Source: Synechococcus sp. A15-24 (lineage in GTDB: Bacteria; Cyanobacteriota; Cyanobacteriia; PCC-6307; Cyanobiaceae). Taken from it: a stretch of DNA of 32,000 nt. Under the pieces are notes generated by a model. That model was not told where the DNA came from. It did not search any database and saw nothing but the letters and a program-made list of their open reading frames with translations. This document shows positions 25,194-32,000 of this stretch, in pieces (position 1 is the stretch's first letter; every line of letters begins with the position of its first letter). A program made the translations under genes and the position numbers. The DNA is taken from NCBI RefSeq assembly GCF_014280195.1, contig NZ_CP047960.1, positions 510,001 through 542,000 on the forward strand, written 5' to 3'.

Positions 25194-26560
25194 CCGGCGG
25201 AAGCCTGCAGGTGGGCGCCACGGTCCGGCCAGCCTCGCATCACCACAAGCCCCAGCATCACCAGTACCGCTGGCAGCAGACCCATGCAGATCCGGATCGC
25301 CAGCAAAGCGGTGGCTGGTTGCTCCACAAAGCTCAGGGCACCGTTGCAAGCCCCCTGGCTGGAGATGTAGCCCGTGAGCGAGAGCAGGCTGCCGAACACC
25401 GACATCGTCAGGCCGATGATCAGCTTCTGGCCGAACACCATCCAGGCGGTGTAGAGCCCAGCCGGTTTGCTCGGATCGGCATCAATCGCATCCGGCAGAA
25501 GCGACCAGGGAATCAAGTAGGCCGTGGCGGCACCGATGCCCACCACGGCGATCAGCCCCGCCAGTGGTAACAGCTGCAGCACACCGGCTCCCTCTGGCAG
25601 GGCGGGAAACAGCATCGAGAGCAGGCAGGCCAGGATCCACAGGCCCGCCCCCCAGCGCAGGGTGGCCACCCGGCCGTTGCGGTTGCTCAGCACGCTCCAC
25701 AGCTGCAACCCTCCAAGCGCCGCGATCTGAAACGGCAGCAGGATCCAGGTGGACAGCTGGGCCGGCACATGCACCACCTGCACGAGCCAGATCAGCGCCA
25801 CCACCTGCATCAGTTGCAGGCCAAACCAGAGCAGCAGGTACAGCCCCAGCACCTGACGGAAGCGCGGGTTGCTCAGCACCCGTTTGAGCTGCTGCATGGC
25901 CGGTTCGCTGTTGGTCGTCGGCCGCTGGGCCCGCTTGGCAAAGGGGGCCAGCCCCCAGCAGCAGGCCAGGGTGGCCACCGCCGCTATTGTTCCGGTGATC
26001 CGGCCCATGGCCAGATAGCCGCCACCGCCGTCGGTGAGCACCACCGACGCCACAATCAGTCCGCTGAGACCCGCGAGGATCGAGCCGGTGAATCGCGCCG
26101 CATTCAGGCGGGTGCGCATCGCCGTATCCGGCGTTAGCTCCGTGGATAGGGCGGCATAGGGAAGGTTGACGCTGGTGTAAGCGGTCATCAACAGCACCGC
26201 CATCACCACGTAATAAAAGGTGCGTTGGCCGACCCCGCCGGGGGGAACCCACCACATCGCCGCCAGGCTGATGCCCAGGGGCAGGGCCGCCGTCAGCATC
26301 CAGGGCAGCCTGGGTCCCCAGCGGCTGGTGGTGTGATCGCTGAGCCAGCCGATCAAGGGGTCGTTGACGGCATCCCACACCTTGATCACCGTGAGCAGCG
26401 CCCCGGCGATGAAGGCGGGCAACCCCGCAGCACAGGTGAAGAAGGGGAAGAGATAAAAGCCCAGCTGCGTGGCAGCTAGGCCTGTGCCGGCGTCACCAAG
26501 CCCGTAGGCCAGCATCAACCTGCGTCGGGATCCCCCGCTGATTGCGTCGGACGATGTCAC
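25190..26560 (-). CDS. MFS transporter, GPH (glycoside-pentoside-hexuronide) symporter-like
   Basis: About 12 predicted TM segments. LAYGLGDAGTGLAATQLGFYLFPFFT N-terminal motif, plus DAVNDPLIGWLSD. The start is uncertain (GTG 26560, ATG 26515, or the track start 26617). Confidence 0.75.
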   Translation of the reverse strand: MTSSDAISGGSRRRLMLAYGLGDAGTGLAATQLGFYLFPFFTCAAGLPAFIAGALLTVIKVWDAVNDPLIGWLSDHTTSRWGPRLPWMLTAALPLGISLAAMWWVPPGGVGQRTFYYVVMAVLLMTAYTSVNLPYAALSTELTPDTAMRTRLNAARFTGSILAGLSGLIVASVVLTDGGGGYLAMGRITGTIAAVATLACCWGLAPFAKRAQRPTTNSEPAMQQLKRVLSNPRFRQVLGLYLLLWFGLQLMQVVALIWLVQVVHVPAQLSTWILLPFQIAALGGLQLWSVLSNRNGRVATLRWGAGLWILACLLSMLFPALPEGAGVLQLLPLAGLIAVVGIGAATAYLIPWSLLPDAIDADPSKPAGLYTAWMVFGQKLIIGLTMSVFGSLLSLTGYISSQGACNGALSFVEQPATALLAIRICMGLLPAVLVMLGLVVMRGWPDRGAHLQASAG

Positions 26561-26649
26561 GCGAGTGCAGGGGGCAGGCGGACCGCCATAATGCAGGTGT
26601 GCTGAAGCACTGACCACCCCATCAAGGGTTGTAGTTCAGGCGTACCAGT

Positions 26650-26720
26650 GCGGGTGTTGTGTAATGGTAAGACCTCAGCCTTCCAAGCTGATGACACGGG
26701 TTCGATTCCCGTCACCCGCT
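26650..26720 (+). tRNA. tRNA-Gly (anticodon UCC), no encoded CCA
   Basis: GCGGGTG acceptor arm pairs with CACCCGC. Anticodon arm TCAGC-CTTCCAA-GCTGA. T-arm ACGGG-TTCGATT-CCCGT. Close by eye to E. coli glyT. Confidence 0.9.
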
Positions 26721-26723
26721 TCC

Positions 26724-28826
26724 TCAGAGCGCCAGGCCTGACGCCACTTCTCGGGCCAGCAGCAGCACCAGGCTGCGGCTCGCCAGGGGAATATCCACGC
26801 CGTCGTACGGCACCGCTTGCGCCGGCAGGTCCTCCCCGGCGGGCAGGGAGGTATCGATCACCTGCATCCAGGGGGATGCCGGCACCGGCAGCTCGAAGTT
26901 GAGCGGTTCGTTGTAGGCGTTGAAGCCCATCCACAACAGGGCTCCGCGGCTGCCCATGTGCATGCTGGTGGCGGTGGTGCGGCTCCAGGCTGCCCAGTCC
27001 GGCTTGCTCAGCTCCACGCCGTGCCATTGCCGCCACAGGTCAGTGGGGGTCTGGGGTTGCTTGCGGCTGGTTTCCGGTGGTGGCACCAGCGGATTGAACA
27101 GTTGCGGCAGGGCCTGCCGCAGTTTCAGCAGCCGCTGCAGAAACAATTTCAGCTCCAAATCGCAGTGGTCGTCGTTCCAGACCATCCAGCTGAGGGGGCT
27201 GTCCTGGCACCAGCTGTTGTTGTTGCCCCCCTGGCTGCGGCCCACCTCATCGCCCATCAGAAGCATCGGCACGCCGCGGGCCAGCAGCAGGCTGCTCAGC
27301 AGGTTGCGTTGCTGGCGGCGCCGCAGCGCCAGCACCTGCGGGTCGGTCGTTGGACCTTCCACGCCGTGGTTCCAGCTGTTGTTGTGGTTTTCGCCGTCGC
27401 GGTTGTCCTCGCCGTTGGCCAAGTTGTGTTTGCGGTTGTAGGCCACCAGATCCGCCAGGGTGAAGCCGTCATGGGCGGTGATTAGGTTCACCGAGCGTCC
27501 CAGGGCTACCGGTTTGTAGTTGTACAGATCCGGACTGCCCTTGAACCGTTGGGCCAGCGTCCAGGTGCTGTGCTCATCGCCCTTCCAGAAGCGGCGCAAG
27601 CCATCGCGGAAGTGACCATTCCAGGTGCCGATCCGCTGGGCCGGAAAATCCTCCAGTCGGTACAGGCCGCCGCAATCCCAGGGCTCGCTCACCAGCTTGA
27701 GATCGCTGAGTTGCGGATCGGCTTCGATCGCCCGAAACAGTGGTGGCTGATCCAGCGGTTTGAGCTGGTTGCCGCGGCTGAGGGCGATGCCCAGATCGAA
27801 GCGGAAGCCATCCACCCCGAGTTCCAGCGCCCAGCAGCGCATCGACTCCAGGATCAATTGCGTGCTGATCGGTTGGTTGGCGGCGATGGAGTTGCCGCAG
27901 CCGCTCACATCCAGGTATTCGCCACTGCTGGTTTGGTGGTAGTAGGTGCGATCGGCAAAACCGCGCCAGCTCAGGGTTGGCCCCAGCCGGGTGCCCTCCG
28001 TGGTGTGGTTGTAGACCACATCCAGCAACACTTCGATGTTGGCGTCATGGCAGGCGGCCACCAGCTGACGCACCTGATGGCGAAGTTGCAGCGGATCATC
28101 GCCACAGCCGTAGCCGTGGTGGGGGGTGAACCAGCTCAGTGGGCTGTAGCCCCACACGTTGTCGCGACCTAGCGGTGCATCGGCGGGGTCGAAGCAGAAC
28201 ACCGGCAGCAGTTCGATCGCCGTGATGCCGAGCTCTTTGAGATAGGGCAGCTTGTCGATCAGCCCCAGGTAGGTGCCCCGCTGCTCCGGGGCGACGCCGG
28301 AATCGTCTCGGCCGGTGAAGCCGCCCACATGCAGCTCATAAATCACCGAGCGCTGCCAGCTGTGGCGGGGCCGTGGATGGCGCTGAAAATCAAAGGGCTC
28401 CCGCTCTGTCACCACTGCTTTGAGGCAGGCATGAGCGTTCGGGGTTGGCCCGGTGGCCAGCACCCGGTCGTAGACGTCCCAGCCGCTGATGGCGCGGGCG
28501 GCGGGGTCGACCAGCACCTTCGCTGGTTGAAAGCCGTGGCCCCCCGGTGCCAGAGGTCCGAACACCCGGTAGGCGTAGCAGCAGCCCTCGCCAACGCCTT
28601 CCAGCTCCACATGCCAGTAATCGCCGGAGCGGTGGCGGCGGGTATCCAGTTCGATCACCCGCTCGGGTGTCGGCGTTGATGCCCGTTCGAAGATCAGCAG
28701 CTCGATCCGGTCCGCTGCCGGTGCCGCCACCGAGAAGTTCACCCCCCGGGGTGTGAGGCTGCTGCCCAGGGGCCAGGGCGTGCCGGGGTGGATGCCGCTC
28801 AAGGCCAACGGGCATGGCGCCTTCAA
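26724..28826 (-). CDS. glgX: Glycogen debranching enzyme (isoamylase-type, GH13)
   Basis: 700 aa with PLGSSLTPRGVNFSV, YELHVGGFT, VLLDVVYNHT, DGFRFDL and ITAHDGFTL motifs. The track start is TTG 28826; alternative in-frame TTG codons follow shortly after it. Confidence 0.92.
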   Translation of the reverse strand: MKAPCPLALSGIHPGTPWPLGSSLTPRGVNFSVAAPAADRIELLIFERASTPTPERVIELDTRRHRSGDYWHVELEGVGEGCCYAYRVFGPLAPGGHGFQPAKVLVDPAARAISGWDVYDRVLATGPTPNAHACLKAVVTEREPFDFQRHPRPRHSWQRSVIYELHVGGFTGRDDSGVAPEQRGTYLGLIDKLPYLKELGITAIELLPVFCFDPADAPLGRDNVWGYSPLSWFTPHHGYGCGDDPLQLRHQVRQLVAACHDANIEVLLDVVYNHTTEGTRLGPTLSWRGFADRTYYHQTSSGEYLDVSGCGNSIAANQPISTQLILESMRCWALELGVDGFRFDLGIALSRGNQLKPLDQPPLFRAIEADPQLSDLKLVSEPWDCGGLYRLEDFPAQRIGTWNGHFRDGLRRFWKGDEHSTWTLAQRFKGSPDLYNYKPVALGRSVNLITAHDGFTLADLVAYNRKHNLANGEDNRDGENHNNSWNHGVEGPTTDPQVLALRRRQQRNLLSSLLLARGVPMLLMGDEVGRSQGGNNNSWCQDSPLSWMVWNDDHCDLELKLFLQRLLKLRQALPQLFNPLVPPPETSRKQPQTPTDLWRQWHGVELSKPDWAAWSRTTATSMHMGSRGALLWMGFNAYNEPLNFELPVPASPWMQVIDTSLPAGEDLPAQAVPYDGVDIPLASRSLVLLLAREVASGLAL

Positions 28827-28855
28827 ACTAGTGCTTTGGTCCGGCGCTGAACGTC

Positions 28856-29503
28856 ATGACGATGACCACGGCTTTGGAGCCCGGTCGGCCTCCCCAGCAG
28901 CTGCGGCACGATCTCTGGCTGTTCCCCCCCAACCGCGACTGCCAGGGCGGCAGCGCCTGGTGGCTGGAGGCAATGCCGGAGCCGGTGCTGATCGATTGCC
29001 CGCCACTCACCGAGGCAACGCTGACCGCTCTGCGCGACCTGGCGGGGTCGCGCACACCGCGCATCCTGCTCACCAGCCGGGAGGGCCACGGTCGTCTGCG
29101 GCGGCTCCAGGAGCGTTTCGGCTGGCCGGTGCTGGTGCAGGAGCAGGAGGCCTATCTGCTGCCCAACGTCACGCCGCTGCACACCTTTGCTGACGAGTAC
29201 ATCACCAGCAGTGGCCTGCGCTTGCTCTGGACAGCGGGCCCCACTCCCGGCAGCTGCGTGGTGCATGCACCCCATGCGGATCTGTTGTTCTGCGGGCGTT
29301 TGCTGACGCCGCTGGGTCCTGGACGGCTCGGGCCCCTGCGCCATGGCCGCACATTTCACTGGCCACGCCAACTCGAAAGTCTGCGGCAGCTGCGCGGTTG
29401 GATTCCTTCAGATGCCAGCCCCCAACTGGCATCTGGCGCGGGTCTTGGGGCGCTGCGGGGGGAGCGTCTGGTGCCCTTCAGTGGCTGGTCGGAAGCGGTG
29501 TAA
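28856..29503 (+). CDS. MBL-fold (metallo-beta-lactamase-like) hydrolase, conserved cyanobacterial
   Basis: LWLFPPNRDCQGGSAWWL...VLIDCP...ILLTSREGHG pattern. 215 aa. Confidence 0.6.
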   Translation: MTMTTALEPGRPPQQLRHDLWLFPPNRDCQGGSAWWLEAMPEPVLIDCPPLTEATLTALRDLAGSRTPRILLTSREGHGRLRRLQERFGWPVLVQEQEAYLLPNVTPLHTFADEYITSSGLRLLWTAGPTPGSCVVHAPHADLLFCGRLLTPLGPGRLGPLRHGRTFHWPRQLESLRQLRGWIPSDASPQLASGAGLGALRGERLVPFSGWSEAV

Positions 29504-29537
29504 TCCAGCTAAAGCATTGCGGCACAGGACTTGTCGC

Positions 29538-29566
29538 TTGCAGCACCCCGTCAGCCTCCATACGAT
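29538..29566 (+). promoter_or_regulatory. Candidate sigma70-type promoter for the HU gene (TTGCAG - 17 nt - TACGAT)
   Basis: Hexamers at 29538-29543 and 29561-29566 with 17-nt spacing, about 78 nt upstream of the HU ATG. Confidence 0.3.
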
Positions 29567-29643
29567 TGGGCCGCTTGGGGAAGGCAGCGGCGGGACCGAA
29601 CGCCGTTTCAGCGCCGTCTCCGCCTCCCGACTCTTCCTCTCCA

Positions 29644-29919
29644 ATGAACAAAGCTGACCTGGTGAATCTGGTGGCTGCTCGCACCGAGCTCACCAAGACC
29701 GACGTCTCCATGGTTGTCGACGCCGCAATCGAAACCATCATCGATTCCGTTGTTGAAGGCAAAAAGGTATCGATCCTTGGTTTCGGCTCCTTCGAACCCC
29801 GCGAGCGTTCCGCCCGTCAGGGTCTGAACCCCAAGACCGGCGAAAAGATCGCCATCCCCGCCAAGCGCGTGCCTGCCTTCACCGCCGGCAAGATGTTCAA
29901 GGACCGCGTGCAGGGCTGA
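29644..29919 (+). CDS. hup: DNA-binding protein HU
   Basis: MNKADLVNLVAARTELTKTDVSMVVDAAIETI...GFGSFEPRERSARQGLNPKTGEKIAIPAKRVPAFTAGKMFKDRV is canonical HU. Confidence 0.95.
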   Translation: MNKADLVNLVAARTELTKTDVSMVVDAAIETIIDSVVEGKKVSILGFGSFEPRERSARQGLNPKTGEKIAIPAKRVPAFTAGKMFKDRVQG

Positions 29920-29945
29920 TCCAACAACGATTCTCTGATCGAATG

Positions 29946-29969
29946 GGCGGTCCAGGGGGCCGCCTTTTT
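29946..29969 (+). terminator. Rho-independent terminator after the HU gene
   Basis: GGCGGTCC-AGG-GGGCCGCC forms an 8-bp stem with one T.G wobble, followed by TTTTT (29965-29969). Confidence 0.7.
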
Positions 29970-29970
29970 C

Positions 29971-30852
29971 ATGCCCGTTCCGGATCATCTGCTGCTGGAG
30001 CTGGAGCGTGGCCTGCGCTGGCGTGCTGAAGGCATGTACCGCGGTCGCTACGCCCCCTCGCCCACGGGCGCCTTGCATCTCGGCAATCTCCAGACCGCTC
30101 TGTTGTCCTGGTTGCAGGCGCGCCAGGCCGGTGGTGTCTGGCTGTTGCGCATCGATGATCTCGACACCCCCCGCAACCGGCCCGGTGCTGTTGAGGCGAT
30201 CCAGGACGATCTGCACTGGCTCGGGCTCGACTGGGACGGAGAGCCGATTCTGCAGAGCCGCCGCCGTGGGCTGTACGCCTCCTGGCTCTCCTGGTTGCGC
30301 CGCAGCGGCGCCCTGTTCCCCTGCCGTTGCTCACGACGGGAGCTGGCAGGTCTGGCGCGCTACCCCGGCACCTGCCGTGATGGCGGTGCTGGCTGGGGGT
30401 GGCGTGATCGCCGTTTGCCCAGCTGGCGGTTGCGGGTTCCCGGCCGTGATCCAGATGGCAGCGGTGACGTGGTGGTGCGCCGTGCCGACGGGTTCATCGC
30501 CTACCAGTTGGCCACCGTGATCGACGAACTGGCCCTGGGCATAACTGATGTGGTGCGCGGTGAGGACCTGCGCGAGGCATTGCCCGCCCAGCGGAGTGTG
30601 TATCGGGCTCTGCAGCAGCAGCCCCCCCGCTTTCACCACGGTCCGTTGCGTTGTGACGCCGAGGGGAGGAAGCTGTCGAAACGTGAGGCCAGCAGCGGGC
30701 TGATGCCCTTGCGTGAGCTGGGTCTGGATGCCCCTGCAGTGGTCGGTCTTCTGGCCTCTGGCCTTGGTTGTGTGGGGCCTGGAGCCCAGCTCTCGGCGAT
30801 CGAATTGCTGGATGACTTGACTCAGAAAGGGATCCGTGCTGGCCATTCTTAA
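29971..30852 (+). CDS. gluQ: Glutamyl-Q tRNA(Asp) synthetase
   Basis: YRGRYAPSPTGALHLGNLQTALLSWL, LLRIDDLD, YQLATVIDE and KLSKR motifs. The start is either ATG 29971 (abutting the terminator T-tract) or ATG 30034 (MYRGRYAPSPTG). Confidence 0.88.
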   Translation: MPVPDHLLLELERGLRWRAEGMYRGRYAPSPTGALHLGNLQTALLSWLQARQAGGVWLLRIDDLDTPRNRPGAVEAIQDDLHWLGLDWDGEPILQSRRRGLYASWLSWLRRSGALFPCRCSRRELAGLARYPGTCRDGGAGWGWRDRRLPSWRLRVPGRDPDGSGDVVVRRADGFIAYQLATVIDELALGITDVVRGEDLREALPAQRSVYRALQQQPPRFHHGPLRCDAEGRKLSKREASSGLMPLRELGLDAPAVVGLLASGLGCVGPGAQLSAIELLDDLTQKGIRAGHS

Positions 30853-30918
30853 GGAAGGCTTCGGGATCGTGCGGCTCAATTGGCCTCACACTGATTTCAA
30901 CGATCCAGCGCACCGGTT

Positions 30919-31107
30919 ATGAGCACCTGCACCATCTGCGGAGGCAGCGGGATTCAACGCGTGTCCGGCCAGCGTTTCCAAACGTGTCTGGCCTGCCTCG
31001 GCCAGGGTCAGATCAGTGCCGCCATTCAGGCGGTTCCTTTGAATCAGCTGTCCACTTCGGATATGACCGTCACGCCGCTGAGTGGTCTGGTTCCTCAGCG
31101 GTCCTGA
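30919..31107 (+). CDS. Small protein with a DnaJ-type zinc-finger repeat (CxxCxGxG twice)
   Basis: MSTCTICGGSGIQRVSGQRFQTCLACLGQGQI... 62 aa. Confidence 0.5.
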   Translation: MSTCTICGGSGIQRVSGQRFQTCLACLGQGQISAAIQAVPLNQLSTSDMTVTPLSGLVPQRS

Positions 31108-31119
31108 TCAGAGCCGTGT

Positions 31120-31305
31120 TCAGCCCAGCGGGGCCTTCTGTTTGTTGCGCACCACGAAGAAGGTGGCCGTGCCGACAACAACGACCAGCGGCACGGCGGT
31201 GAACAGCAGCAGAGCGATCGCGGTCCAGTCGGTGTACACGGCTGAGCTCGGGGGCAAAGTTGAGTCATCATCACAGCAAACCGCCTCCTGGTTTCGTGAT
31301 GGCAC
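31120..31305 (-). CDS. Small single-TM membrane protein (start uncertain)
   Basis: ...YTDWTAIALLLFTAVPLVVVVGTATFFVVRNKQKAPLG. The track ATG at 31305 overlaps the divergent gene's start. In-frame TTG 31257 or GTG 31239 are alternative starts. Confidence 0.35.
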   Translation of the reverse strand: MPSRNQEAVCCDDDSTLPPSSAVYTDWTAIALLLFTAVPLVVVVGTATFFVVRNKQKAPLG

Positions 31306-31613
31306 GACCCGTCACAGTCGTTGCATCTCTGCTGGTTCTCAGCTGCGCAGGCGAAGTTAAGGCTGCCGGTCTGGCCGCTGTGCAGGCTGACGCCCGCCTC
31401 TGCCTGCAAGGCAGGCAGCCAGCCGCCTGCGAACGGGCGCTGGATCACACTGAGCAGCTTCAGCGCCGAGCGGCGGACCTCGAGGCCTATCCCTGTCAGA
31501 CCCTGCTGCTGGCTCTGCAGGCCGATGTGATCCTCCAGCAGCTCGGCCAGGGCCGCGGCGAGCGAGCCCTGGCCGATCTCAGTGCTGCCGGCCGCGGATG
31601 TGCCGGGTTGTGA
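31299..31613 (+). CDS. Small Cys-containing exported protein, possible lipoprotein
   Basis: From ATG 31299: MARPVTVVASLLVLSCAGEV... with a lipobox-like VLSC. Further Cys residues occur in the mature part. Confidence 0.45.
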   Translation: MARPVTVVASLLVLSCAGEVKAAGLAAVQADARLCLQGRQPAACERALDHTEQLQRRAADLEAYPCQTLLLALQADVILQQLGQGRGERALADLSAAGRGCAGL

Positions 31614-31616
31614 GGG

Positions 31617-32000
31617 TTAGGGGAGCGTTTTTTGAATCTCCACACTGGTGGGTAGGGGGATTTCGATGCCATTGGCGGCGAAGCAATCAAGGATCCCCTT
31701 GTTCACGCGTGCAAGAGCACTGAAGAATCCACCGACATCGGTGTAGGTCGACTCCATCAAGACCATGAAATCCAGGCTGTAATCCGAGATGGCGGAAAGG
31801 CGGCAAACACTCAGGGTCAGGTTGGGATCGTTGTTGATGATGTCGGCCAGAAGATCGGGGATGCGATCCACCATCTCCAGAGGTGTGTCTCGAGCAACTC
31901 TGATCGATTGCTTGAGGTTTTTCACAACGGCAATGATTAGCTTGATATCTCCAAGAATGGATTGTCGGACGCTTAAGTAGTCCTCCCAACTGGAAATGCG
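31617..32000 (-). CDS. Mechanosensitive channel MscS-family protein, C-terminal part (5' end lies outside the window)
   Basis: The frame is open to the window edge (RISSWEDYLSVRQSILGDIKLIIAVVKNLKQSIRVARDTPLEMV...). It has the pattern of an MscS C-terminal alpha/beta domain. Visibly AT-richer than the flanks. Confidence 0.6.
   Translation of the reverse strand, partial: RISSWEDYLSVRQSILGDIKLIIAVVKNLKQSIRVARDTPLEMVDRIPDLLADIINNDPNLTLSVCRLSAISDYSLDFMVLMESTYTDVGGFFSALARVNKGILDCFAANGIEIPLPTSVEIQKTLP

Noticed and set aside
24448-25221. N-terminal 258 aa of the 391-aa ORF 24046-25221 (-).
   Set aside because: Only the C-terminal 133 aa (from ATG 24447, coupled by ATGA to the mlaE-like stop) look like a real membrane protein. 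The upstream part is an alternate frame of the mlaE-like gene and has a GC-artefact composition.
26561-26800. Integrated mobile element or genomic island at the tRNA-Gly gene.
   Set aside because: No integrase, no repeat of the tRNA 3' end, and the tRNA is directly flanked by conserved glgX and an MFS transporter.
5204-31221. HIP1-type octamers GCGATCGC at 5204-5211, 20138-20145, 22926-22933 and 31214-31221.
   Set aside because: I found only four copies by eye in 32 kb. That is only modestly above a rough composition-based expectation of about one, which is too few to claim enrichment from this window alone.
1-32000. CRISPR arrays, rRNA genes, IS elements/transposases, or long tandem repeats.
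   Set aside because: While reading both strands I saw no regularly spaced direct repeats, no rRNA-like sequence and no transposase-like translation.

Overview
High-GC picocyanobacterial chromosome segment. It looks like marine Synechococcus, judged by eye from the KaiC, NblS and DUF1825-like proteins. Most of the window is densely packed core genes: the kaiC 3' part, nblS, purD, purC, an outer-membrane/lipid A operon (bamA-lpxC-fabZ-lpxA-lpxB with an exported msrA appended), pepA, tyrS, pyrF, plsY, an mlaE-like permease, an MFS/GPH transporter, tRNA-Gly(UCC), glgX, an MBL-fold hydrolase, HU, gluQ and a partial MscS channel. Many neighbouring genes share ATGA, GTGA or TGATG stop/start overlaps. 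Small, visibly more AT-rich accessory patches sit between these genes, and they are mostly toxin-antitoxin cassettes. There is an intact Phd-type vapB / PIN vapC pair wedged between tyrS and pyrF. A TA island between pyrF and plsY holds an RHH-like antitoxin plus a decayed VapC, and a yefM-yoeB pair. An MNT-HEPN pair is embedded in a long minus-strand gene chain. The most unusual sequence-level pattern is that four accessory genes (a signal-peptide HExxH protein, VapC, YefM and MNT) are interrupted only by in-frame stop codons, with the reading frame otherwise intact. In two of these cases the cognate toxin (YoeB-like, HEPN) looks intact. Other candidates for follow-up are a translationally coupled triad (tandem ComEA-like HhH protein, GIY-YIG-like protein, secreted HExxH protein), an atypical LuxR-type response regulator coupled to a small secreted protein and facing a perfect 16-bp palindrome, and several unannotated micro-ORFs. 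I saw no rRNA, CRISPR array, transposase or integrase. All calls come from reading the translations by eye; no database search was run.
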